From assembly GCA_043754515.1 (NCBI GenBank), contig JAYUUO010000025.1:1-18578 (forward strand): a stretch of DNA of 18,578 nt, in the 5' to 3' direction. This stretch comes from Armatimonadota bacterium. GTDB lineage: Bacteria; Armatimonadota; Armatimonadia; Armatimonadales; Armatimonadaceae. The notes beneath the pieces are model-generated. The model worked only from the letters and a program-made list of their open reading frames with translations. It had not been told where the DNA came from and ran no database searches. Position 1 is the stretch's first letter. Every line of letters begins with the position of its first letter. Both the position numbers and the translations under genes were made by a program. Below, piece after piece: positions 8,252-16,260 of this stretch.

Positions 8252-8587
8252 ATGTCCGCGCCCCACACGCCAGCCAAAAATATCGCCCCGCGCCTTTCCG
8301 CCTATGTCGGGTTCGTCCTCTTCCTCGTCGGAATGGCGATGATCGCGGTGGTATTTGGCTATGCCAACACGCTACTGTCTGCGCCCCCGCCGCCGGTTCC
8401 GACCGTCGGTACGGGTCCAAACGCCGCGACGGTCGCGGGTCTCACGCTCGGTACATCCGTCGTCGCGCTACTACAAAAACTACTGGTACTACTGGTGATG
8501 TGCGTCGTCGGCTCAGTATTCGCGTCGCAGGGGGTGCGGATTCTATTCGCGGCCTGGAACGCCCGTGCCCCCGACTCCCTCCCTTGA
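8252..8587 (+). CDS. Small hypothetical membrane protein with two TM helices and a proline-rich loop (111 aa)
   Basis: Two hydrophobic stretches (AYVGFVLFLVGMAMIAVVFGY; LLVLLVMCVVGSVF) around SAPPPPVP. Fills the gap between genes and has a consensus promoter upstream. Confidence 0.72.
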   Translation: MSAPHTPAKNIAPRLSAYVGFVLFLVGMAMIAVVFGYANTLLSAPPPPVPTVGTGPNAATVAGLTLGTSVVALLQKLLVLLVMCVVGSVFASQGVRILFAAWNARAPDSLP

Positions 8588-8632
8588 GCGTGCTAAACAG
8601 AGTTCAGGAGCGGGGACAATTCAGATTGTGTG

Positions 8633-8872
8633 TCACCCGCCAGACTTATCTTCGGGTTCCGCCACGGTAAGGGTGATCGCGTCATGCCCCTCGACTTCTA
8701 TGACATCGCCCGGCACGAGCTTGCGCCCGCGCCGGTTCTCGAAGCTGCCGTTCACCTTGATACTGGTCTCCATCAGGAACGACTTGATCTCACCCCCGGT
8801 CGGGATCATGCCGAGGAATTTGAGGAGTTGCCCGAGTGTTATCAGGGGGGTGCGGAGCGGGACTTCGTTCAC
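8633..8872 (-). CDS. S4-domain RNA-binding protein (YaaA/YbcJ-like), about 79 aa
   Basis: ITLGQLLKFLG..TGGEIK.FL....IKVNG..ENRRGRKLVPGDVIEV is the S4_2 family pattern. GTG 8872 chosen to avoid overlap with the upstream gene. Confidence 0.85.
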   Translation of the reverse strand: MNEVPLRTPLITLGQLLKFLGMIPTGGEIKSFLMETSIKVNGSFENRRGRKLVPGDVIEVEGHDAITLTVAEPEDKSGG

Positions 8873-8909
8873 GAAGATGGCACCGCCCGGAGGCCATTGG
8901 ATGAGGGCA

Positions 8910-10628
8910 TCAGGTGCTTTCCATATCGAGCGGCTTGGCAAACGGCTCCATCTCGGTCAGAGGTCGCCCGAACGCGATCTTGGGATACGCGTTCGCCTCA
9001 GGGCTGATTTTTACGGTTAGCAGGGCTGGTTTCGTGGGGTCAGACCACAGAGTGCCCACAGCGGACCGCATAGCCTCTTCGTCGGCACTTGCCACCGTCG
9101 CGGCGGCAATCCCGAACGCCCCCGCCACGGCGGTGAAGTCGGGCGCGCTATATCCCCACATAGTGGACTGGTATCGTCCGTCGAAGTAGCTCTGTTGAAA
9201 CTGTCGCACCATGCCATGAACTCCATTATCAATGACAACGATCTTTACAGGCAACTGATTGCGGAAGACGGTCTGCAACTCCTGAATATTGGTCTGGAAC
9301 GCGCCGTCGCCCGCGACAACTACAACGGGACGTCCGGGCGCGGCGAATGCCACGCCGACAGCAGTCGGCAGCGCGAAGCCCATCGCACCCATCCCCCCCG
9401 AAGTAAGGAATCGTTGCCCCTCACTTAGCTCGAGCGACTGCGCCGCCCACATCTGATGCTGGCCCACATCAACCACATAAGCGGACGCGGAAGCCGCGCG
9501 GGGGTCGCTCGAAAGGCGGTGCATAAAGACGTTAGGGTTGATACCTGGGACTTCATTGATTTCGGTTGTGTCCGGCCAAACCGCGCGGAGATCAGCGATC
9601 TCCTTCCGCCAGGCCAGTGTGTCAAGCCGTGATCCGGACGCCGCTTGCGCGGCCTGTTCGAGAAACGGCTTGAGTTCGGACAGGATCGTCTCGCAACCGG
9701 TGACACGGTTGTTCATCTCCCCCGGCTCACAGTCTATGTGGAATATTGTCCGGTCGCCCTTGAAGAACCCAGTCTCCGAACCAGTTTGGCGAACGTCCAG
9801 GCGGCTCCCGAGTACGACGAGAAGGTCGGCGCGGCCTAGCGCGTGATTGGCCCAGCGGTTACCATAGGACCCGATCATACCGACTCTTAGAGGGTGGGCA
9901 TAAGGGAGCGCATCTACAGCCATTAGCGAGTAGACCACGGGCATGCCCAATATCTCCACGAACCGACGGAACTCGACGGCGGCTAACGCGGAGCGGACCC
10001 CACCGCCCACCAGTATCAGCGGACGTCGTGCTACGGCGAGCGCGGCGAGCAATCTTTCGGTCTCGATGGGAGGCGTAAGCGGCGTAACGGTCGTTGCCGG
10101 AGTCGGCGTCACCTGCCCCCGCTGTACATCCATCGGGATATCGAGCAACACTGGACCGGGTCGCCCCGAGGTAGCAATCTCGAAAGCCCTGTCGAGCGCG
10201 GCGGGTATATCCTCGGGTTCGGTCACCATCCAAGCCGCCTTGGTGATGGGCTTCGCCATCGCCACGATGTCGGTCTCCTGGAAGCCGAGTTGACGTATGG
10301 CTTTATCCCCCTTTTGCTCGTGCCGGTTGACCTGCCCGGTAATAAAAACAGCGGGGGTCGAGTCGAAATGGCAGGAGCCGATACCGGTGAGCAGGTTGGT
10401 CGCGCCTGGCCCACTCGTCGCCATCGCCACGCCCGGAATCCCGGTGATCCGTCCCCAGCCCTCGGCCGCGAACGCGGCGGCCTGCTCGTGGTGGACGCTC
10501 ACGATGCGAGTCTTCCCCAAAAGGTGTATGGAATCTAACAAGTGTGTGATCATGCCGCCCGACATCTCGAACACGCAGGATACCCCCCGATCCGCCAGAG
10601 ACTGGGCGATATAGTCAGTTACTTTCAT
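8910..10628 (-). CDS. Thiamine diphosphate-dependent acetolactate-synthase-like enzyme, probably a YerE-type sugar C-acyltransferase (572 aa)
   Basis: HHEQAAAF (catalytic Glu), ATSGPGATN, GRPGPVLLDIP, DVGQHQMW, SGGMGAMGF and the GDGAF...N ThDP motif. Sits in a CDP-dideoxysugar operon with no ilvN/ilvH or ilvC nearby. Family is secure; specific function is inferred from context. Confidence 0.85.
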   Translation of the reverse strand: MKVTDYIAQSLADRGVSCVFEMSGGMITHLLDSIHLLGKTRIVSVHHEQAAAFAAEGWGRITGIPGVAMATSGPGATNLLTGIGSCHFDSTPAVFITGQVNRHEQKGDKAIRQLGFQETDIVAMAKPITKAAWMVTEPEDIPAALDRAFEIATSGRPGPVLLDIPMDVQRGQVTPTPATTVTPLTPPIETERLLAALAVARRPLILVGGGVRSALAAVEFRRFVEILGMPVVYSLMAVDALPYAHPLRVGMIGSYGNRWANHALGRADLLVVLGSRLDVRQTGSETGFFKGDRTIFHIDCEPGEMNNRVTGCETILSELKPFLEQAAQAASGSRLDTLAWRKEIADLRAVWPDTTEINEVPGINPNVFMHRLSSDPRAASASAYVVDVGQHQMWAAQSLELSEGQRFLTSGGMGAMGFALPTAVGVAFAAPGRPVVVVAGDGAFQTNIQELQTVFRNQLPVKIVVIDNGVHGMVRQFQQSYFDGRYQSTMWGYSAPDFTAVAGAFGIAAATVASADEEAMRSAVGTLWSDPTKPALLTVKISPEANAYPKIAFGRPLTEMEPFAKPLDMEST

Positions 10629-10759
10629 GGTTGTTCTTTCTGCTCATCCTCGGGGATTAGGGGCTGACAATAATAGTGGAAAGTCTCCTGCACCCGAAGA
10701 CATGGCAGATCCCCCTTCCGCTTGAATAGTCGCGGCATATAACCGCTGACTTTAATCAT
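10625..10759 (-). pseudogene. Frameshifted remnant of a further ThDP-enzyme gene, now a 44-aa bridging ORF
   Basis: Reads MIKVSGYMPRLFKRKGDLPCLRVQETFHYYCQPLIPEDEQKEQP*. With two small indels the 5' part reads MIKVSGY(I)AATIQAEG-ICHVF, in register with MIRVSDYIANHLASIGTRAVF. ATGA overlaps at both ends. Confidence 0.6.
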
Positions 10760-11178
10760 AAGTTATTCTCGACTGCGTATTTCGTTACGCTCCGCACCAT
10801 CGGAACGATGTCAACCTCGAACGTCCCGAATTGTCGCAGTCCCGAGATTCCGCTCCCCTCGATGGTTTGCGAGACTTTGCTCTGGCCGGTCAAGAACAAC
10901 ACCGGCACGGAATCCTGCCAGGCACCAACGAGACCGGTGAGAGTGTTCGTCGCCCCGGGGCCACTCGTCGCGTAACACACACCCAGTGCGCCGAGGCGGC
11001 GAGCGTAAGCCTCCGCCGCCATCGCGCTACATTGCTCGTGGTGGTTGCAAATGACCTCGATCCCGCTGACCCGGCTAACCGCGTCAATAAGGTGCATCAT
11101 CCCCCCCGACAGTATAAACACAGCCCGCGTGCCAATGCTCGCTAGGTGATTAGCGATGTAGTCCGAAACCCGTATCAT
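10756..11178 (-). pseudogene. Truncated ThDP-dependent enzyme, N-terminal pyrimidine-binding domain only (140 aa)
   Basis: MIRVSDYIA...NHHEQCSAMAAEAYAR...ATSGPGATN...LRQFGTFEVDIVPMVRSVTKYAV then ENNL*. No continuation in other frames and no GDG motif. GGAGG SD and TGATG overlap with the aldolase stop. Confidence 0.78.
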
Positions 11179-12044
11179 CAAGTGCTCCCTCCACTGCCTT
11201 CGCCATCAGCGACACTTGTGGTGGCGGATCGGAACCCTACCGCCAGCCGCTCGAATGATCTACCGATTACAATCGTGTCCACGGAGTAGACAAAGAACCG
11301 GACGCCGAGAGCAGCGTAATAAAGTATCGCGTTCGTATCGTGTATCATCAAACCTACCGTCTTACCACCCTCAAGGATGACAGGAATGGCCGCCTCGACG
11401 AACGCGATGACCTCCGGATGGTGGACATCGCCGGCACATCCCAGCGCGACGGACATGTCATACACACCTAGATACACGATGTCCAGTTCGGGTATCGAGA
11501 CGATGCGCTCCAGATCATCGAACGCGGTTTTGTTCTCAATGATCAATCCCGCTAGTACCGACTCATCGTCGGTGCCCCCCCCTCCCCGGCCGTAGCGCGC
11601 CGCGCGGGTGAACGGGTTGAAGCCGCGAACACCACGCGGCGCGTATCGAATCATCTCGACCGCCGCACACGCTGCTTCGTAGTTGGCTATCTGCGGCACT
11701 ATTACGCCGACCGCGCCCGCATCGAGAGCGGATTGTACCGAGAACGGGTTCATTCCCGGTACGCGCACTATCGGCTCGCAACGCCGACCGGCTCGAGGTA
11801 CCTCACAGGCTCGGATCGCATTCTCCAGCGTATCGCCTTGCATCTGCCAGCCGCCATGCTCCCCGTCAAGAAGCACGAAGTCGAGACCGCTCCCCGCCGC
11901 TATCTCGACCAGACCGGGAGCAGGAAGGATGGACCAGATGCCAACGACGCGATGACCCAACTTCAGGCGCGATTTAAGTGATGGCGGCGGGATTGTTTCG
12001 CCGGTGACGTATTCAGGAATGATTTTCGCCCATGACTTTCTCAC
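11178..12044 (-). CDS. HpcH/HpaI-family class II pyruvate aldolase
   Basis: LDFVLLDGEHG, PIVRVP, ALDAGAVGVIVPQI, RYAPRGVRG, IIEN, YLGVYDMS. Start uncertain; GTG 12044 is the nearest in-frame start upstream of the conserved region. Confidence 0.85.
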   Translation of the reverse strand: MRKSWAKIIPEYVTGETIPPPSLKSRLKLGHRVVGIWSILPAPGLVEIAAGSGLDFVLLDGEHGGWQMQGDTLENAIRACEVPRAGRRCEPIVRVPGMNPFSVQSALDAGAVGVIVPQIANYEAACAAVEMIRYAPRGVRGFNPFTRAARYGRGGGGTDDESVLAGLIIENKTAFDDLERIVSIPELDIVYLGVYDMSVALGCAGDVHHPEVIAFVEAAIPVILEGGKTVGLMIHDTNAILYYAALGVRFFVYSVDTIVIGRSFERLAVGFRSATTSVADGEGSGGST

Positions 12045-13077
12045 CTCGTAGCCATTGCGCGGTGCGCTCGACCGCGTCACGGAGTGGCACGAGAGCGGCC
12101 AGATCTAGTTCTGTCGCCGCGCGGCGAACAGACGGAACGTACCGCTCCGCGCTCTTACCCGGAACAGCCTTTTGTGCTACCTCGACAGATGTATCGTCGC
12201 AGGTGTCCGCGATCATCCGGGCCAACTCAGCTATGGTCACCGCTTCTTCAGAGCCGACATTATACGCGCGACATGTCTGCCCTCTGATCAACAGTACCCA
12301 GAGCCAGATTGCAAGATCAGCGGCGTAGAGGTAGGAGCGATACGGGGTACCATCGCCGCCGATCCGTATAGCTTCCCCTCGCGTCGCGTCGCGGAGGAAA
12401 TTCCCGGCTGCGAAATGCGTATCGAGCGGCAGGTACGGCCCTATGAAGGCGTAGCAACGGGCGATGATCGCGTCGAACCCATACGCTCGGGAGTAAGCGG
12501 CACTGAGCATCTCGGCGCAACGCTTACCCTCGCCGTAGGCAGCCCCCGGTGCCAGGGGGTCTGGTGCCCCGGCGTAATCCTCCGGCACGTGCGTTATTTC
12601 AGCGGGTTGTCGACCATAGACGGCACCCGAGCTAGTCAACAGGAATCGCCTGGCACCGTGAGCGTGCGCGAACTCCAGCGCACGGCGGGTTCCGTCTATA
12701 ACGGTGTCCGCCATGAGAAGCGGTTGCTCCAGATTGAGCGTAACGCTGGCTTCGGTCGCGGCATGGATGACGTAGGTGAATTCGCCCTCGGGGAAGGGAA
12801 ACGTACGTATATCGCCCGTCTGAAAACTTATGCCAGGAACCGCAACTAAATGCGGAGATTTTCGCGCGAACGATTCGACATCCCGTGTCAATACCACGAG
12901 TTTGGCCCCAAGCGCGAGGCGGTCATTGGCGAAGGCGAAGGATTCCATAAGCCACTTACCGAAGAACCCGGTGCCGCCCGTCAGAAATATGCGCTGCCCC
13001 GCGATTTCCCCCCACACTTCTTCAGTGTGGGAAAGAATATGGGCAAGATCGGCATCATTTAATCGCGGGGTTTTCAT
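12013..13077 (-). CDS. NAD-dependent epimerase/dehydratase/reductase (extended SDR), 354 aa
   Basis: TGGTGFFG, IHAA, SSGAVYG, YGEGK (YxxxK), GDGTPYRSYLYAADL. Confidence 0.88.
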   Translation of the reverse strand: MKTPRLNDADLAHILSHTEEVWGEIAGQRIFLTGGTGFFGKWLMESFAFANDRLALGAKLVVLTRDVESFARKSPHLVAVPGISFQTGDIRTFPFPEGEFTYVIHAATEASVTLNLEQPLLMADTVIDGTRRALEFAHAHGARRFLLTSSGAVYGRQPAEITHVPEDYAGAPDPLAPGAAYGEGKRCAEMLSAAYSRAYGFDAIIARCYAFIGPYLPLDTHFAAGNFLRDATRGEAIRIGGDGTPYRSYLYAADLAIWLWVLLIRGQTCRAYNVGSEEAVTIAELARMIADTCDDTSVEVAQKAVPGKSAERYVPSVRRAATELDLAALVPLRDAVERTAQWLRGEKVMGENHS

Positions 13078-13106
13078 TATGCTTAGTACTTCCCAGTGGA
13101 TCCCGC

Positions 13107-14492
13107 CTACTTCACCATCTTCAGTTCATTCCGGCTGGCGGCCTCGCGCGCGAACTGACGGATCATATCCAACACATAATCCTTGTGTCCATCGGTTAGG
13201 CCGGGGAAGACGCCGATCCAGAACACCTGGCTCATGATGAAATCCGTGTTCTTCAAATCGCCGACCACCCGGTGGGTTATGTTTTTGTACGCCGGTTGCT
13301 TCAGCAGGTTGCCGCCGAAAAGTAGACGGGTGCCTATTTTCTTGCTGTCCAAGAAGCGTACCAGGCCGTCGCGGGTGAACGGGGCGTCGGCCTTGACCGC
13401 GATCGGAAAACCGAACCAGGACGGCTCGCTGTTCGGGGTCGCCTCGGGCAGAATTAAAAACTCTTCAAGGTCGCGCAATCCACTCTTGAGGTAGTCGAAG
13501 TTGCGCCGCCGGTCGGCTATAAACCCCGGCAATTTCTTGAGTTGTGATAACCCAACGGCGGCTTGCATATCCGTCGCCTTCAAGTTGTAGCCGATGTGGG
13601 AGTAGGTGTACTTGTGGTCGTACCCACACGGCAGATCCCCGAGCTGCCAATCGTACCGCTTGCCGCAGGTATTGTCCTTCCCTGGCTCACACCAGCAGTC
13701 GCGCCCCCAGTCGCGGAACGACTCCAGGATCACTTTGAGTTTTAGGTCCGACGTATAGACGGCACCGCCCTCGCCCATCGTGATGTGGTGCGCGGGGTAG
13801 AAAGAGCAGGTGCCCACGTTGCCGAACGTGCCGACGTGCTTTCCGTCGTAGGTCGCGCCGAGCGCGTCGCAACAATCCTCGATCATGAACAGGTCATGCT
13901 TTTTGGCGAACGCGGTGATTGCCCCGAGGTCCGCCGGGTTGCCAAGCGTGTGCGCGAACATGATGGCGCGGGTGCGCGGCCCGACCGCCTCTTCGAGTTG
14001 CTCGACGGCGAGATTGTATGTCGGGATCGACTCGTCAATAAAGACGGGCACCAGCCCGTTCTGCAGGATGGGGTTAACGGTGGTCGGGAACCCCGCCGCC
14101 GCCGTGATCACTTCATCCCCAGGGACGAGCCGACGGTCGCCGAGTTTGGGGGAGGTGAACGCGGTCAGGGCGAGAAGATCAGCTGACGAGCCGGAATTGA
14201 CGAGGAGCGACTTGCGCACCCCGACGAACCGCGCGAACTCACGCTCGAAAAGCGTCCCGAATCGCCCCGTCGTCAGCCAGAAGTCGAGCGTAGCATCCAT
14301 CAGATATTGCATGTCCTCGGCATCGAACACCTTGCCGGAGACGGGAACCGGGGTAACTCCCGGAATGAAGGCTGACGGAGGGAACGCTATTCCGTGGTAC
14401 AGCGCGACCTGCTCGCGGATGGAGGCGCGGAGTTCGTCCGGCGTCCCTTCGGAAAGCGGGTCGAGTGTTTCAACGGATGTCTTGAGAGACAT
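13107..14492 (-). CDS. rfbH: CDP-6-deoxy-4-keto-glucose 3-dehydrase (E1, RfbH/DdhC)
   Basis: [46 protein letters not shown] (His at the Lys position), [35 protein letters not shown]. Start 14492 preferred; 14543 possible. Confidence 0.93.
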   Translation of the reverse strand: MSLKTSVETLDPLSEGTPDELRASIREQVALYHGIAFPPSAFIPGVTPVPVSGKVFDAEDMQYLMDATLDFWLTTGRFGTLFEREFARFVGVRKSLLVNSGSSADLLALTAFTSPKLGDRRLVPGDEVITAAAGFPTTVNPILQNGLVPVFIDESIPTYNLAVEQLEEAVGPRTRAIMFAHTLGNPADLGAITAFAKKHDLFMIEDCCDALGATYDGKHVGTFGNVGTCSFYPAHHITMGEGGAVYTSDLKLKVILESFRDWGRDCWCEPGKDNTCGKRYDWQLGDLPCGYDHKYTYSHIGYNLKATDMQAAVGLSQLKKLPGFIADRRRNFDYLKSGLRDLEEFLILPEATPNSEPSWFGFPIAVKADAPFTRDGLVRFLDSKKIGTRLLFGGNLLKQPAYKNITHRVVGDLKNTDFIMSQVFWIGVFPGLTDGHKDYVLDMIRQFAREAASRNELKMVK

Positions 14493-14575
14493 GATAAACG
14501 CAAACCTTTCTATGCTTCGGTGGGAAGCGTCGGTGCCGGACATACGCCGGGCGGTGCGCGGTGGCTACTGCTGAC

Positions 14576-16213
14576 CTATTTGCCATTCCTGTAGATCCCG
14601 CGCGGCTTTCGGGTCTCCGCCATCCCGGCCTGCCGTGCCTCCAGCGCGATTAGAACGGATGGCACGATGTCGGGAGCGTACTGGCGTGGCACCGTAGTTG
14701 TGTCAGGTGGTATCGGATGGCTCTCGCCATACCGGGTGACTGAGCGCAAAACGTAAAGCGGGCGGCCCTTAACCTCCTCGAAAATCCGTCCGATATATTC
14801 GCCGAGGACGCCGCTCGCGAACAAGTTCAGGGCACCGAAAAACAGCACGGTGATATATAGAGTGGCGAACCCCCACGGCGACGAGTTGTTATGCGTCGCC
14901 TTCCAGATCACCTCGCCGACAATAAGCAGGATGCTCAGCAGGAGTAAACCGACACCGCCATACATAAGCACGGTCAACAGGGTGTTACTGAACGAGAATA
15001 TGCCCTTCCTCGCCCAATGAACCATCATAGGGATGTTATTGCTGCTCTTGCCCCAAGGGCGCTCGGGGCGAACATAGTCTACCCCGGTTTGCGCATAGCC
15101 GACAAATGCGCGAAGCCCCCGAAGCCATAAATCCCTTTCCGGGAATGTCAGGATCGCGTTCACTGCCGCTCGGTCAATCAAAGAAAAGTCGCCCGCGTCG
15201 CGCGGGACGGCGATGTACGAAAGCGTATCCCAGACCCGGTAGAATGCCTTGAAGGCGAACTGCATGAACGGCGTCGCCTCGCGCTTGACACGACGTCCGT
15301 AGACGACCTTGTAGCCCTCTTTCCACTTCTCTACGAACTGCTCGATAAACTCGGGAGGGTCCTGCAAATCACCGTCCATCAATACGCAGGCGTTTTTCGT
15401 CGCAATCTGTAGGCCGCTCATAAATCCCGCCGGCGACTGGAAGTTGCGGCTCATGTTCACCCCAACTACCGCAGGATCATTCTTGGACAACTCGAGCACG
15501 AGGTGCTCCGCGTCGGTTCCAGGCCGGTTGTCGTTGTTGATAAAGATGATTTCGTGATCAATCCCGAGTTTGTTGAAGACGGCTTTACACCGCTCATACA
15601 TAGCGGGGATGGCGGGGTTTTCGTTGTAGCACCCGATGATCGCGCTCACGCTCCACCGCTTCGCGTCCTCACACCCCTCCGCGACCCGGTGGAGCGTAGC
15701 CGCCGCGAGTTCGGGATCATCCGGCACGGGCACCGACCGACATTCCGCCCCCCCCTTCTCGTCATAAAAGCGTAACAGGCCCCGGCCGGATGCCAGGAAC
15801 GCGGCTTCAGAGAGCGGCGTCTCGCTCGCGGCTTCCGCCATTGGCTGTAGCACCAGACGCACGGACGACGCCGACGAGACCGCCGAAAGCAGACGCGCCG
15901 TATGCAAATAATTCGCCTCCGCCCCGAGGCCGCTCTGCAACCCACACGCGAACACTGTCTGCGGGGCACACTCGTTCAGAACCCCGCGCAGGAACACCTC
16001 GTCGGACAGATCGCCGACGCGGGAGCGGGCCGGTGTCTGGGCGGAATTGTGGCTCGCGGACAGACCCCAGACGTCAGCCGACATAGACTGCAACCGCTCC
16101 CACATCGCCCGACCGAATGGCGTGTCCGCGCCCACGATGAGAAAAGGGCCGGTCGGAGACACAGTAACGGCGCGGGTAATCGGGGGAGGTTGCGATTGGG
16201 CTTCTTTTACCAC
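14576..16213 (-). CDS. Fusion of a degenerate Rossmann/epimerase-like N-domain with a GT2 polyprenol-phosphate glycosyltransferase (GtrB/DPM-synthase-like) and two C-terminal TM helices (545 aa)
   Basis: N-terminus FLIVGADTPFGRAMWERL...ADVWGL. From about residue 189: SVSAIIGCYNE, SRNF, MDGDLQDPP, GYKVVYGRRVKRE, DAGDFSLIDR, RGLRAFVGY, GVLGEYIGRIFEEVKGRPLY. GGAG SD before GTG 16213. Confidence 0.88.
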   Translation of the reverse strand: MVKEAQSQPPPITRAVTVSPTGPFLIVGADTPFGRAMWERLQSMSADVWGLSASHNSAQTPARSRVGDLSDEVFLRGVLNECAPQTVFACGLQSGLGAEANYLHTARLLSAVSSASSVRLVLQPMAEAASETPLSEAAFLASGRGLLRFYDEKGGAECRSVPVPDDPELAAATLHRVAEGCEDAKRWSVSAIIGCYNENPAIPAMYERCKAVFNKLGIDHEIIFINNDNRPGTDAEHLVLELSKNDPAVVGVNMSRNFQSPAGFMSGLQIATKNACVLMDGDLQDPPEFIEQFVEKWKEGYKVVYGRRVKREATPFMQFAFKAFYRVWDTLSYIAVPRDAGDFSLIDRAAVNAILTFPERDLWLRGLRAFVGYAQTGVDYVRPERPWGKSSNNIPMMVHWARKGIFSFSNTLLTVLMYGGVGLLLLSILLIVGEVIWKATHNNSSPWGFATLYITVLFFGALNLFASGVLGEYIGRIFEEVKGRPLYVLRSVTRYGESHPIPPDTTTVPRQYAPDIVPSVLIALEARQAGMAETRKPRGIYRNGK

Positions 16214-16260
16214 GATTTCTCCATTTCACGGGGTGACATAATCATTCGCTCGATCTTTAC

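Noticed and set aside
8910..10628. Calling the ThDP enzyme housekeeping ilvB
   Set aside because: No regulatory subunit or ilvC nearby, and it is coupled within a CDP-sugar operon; symbol withheld.
10629..10756. A programmed frameshift joining the 140-aa fragment to the intact ThDP gene
   Set aside because: The downstream gene has its own complete N-terminal domain, and the gap does not continue the fragment's sequence in any frame.
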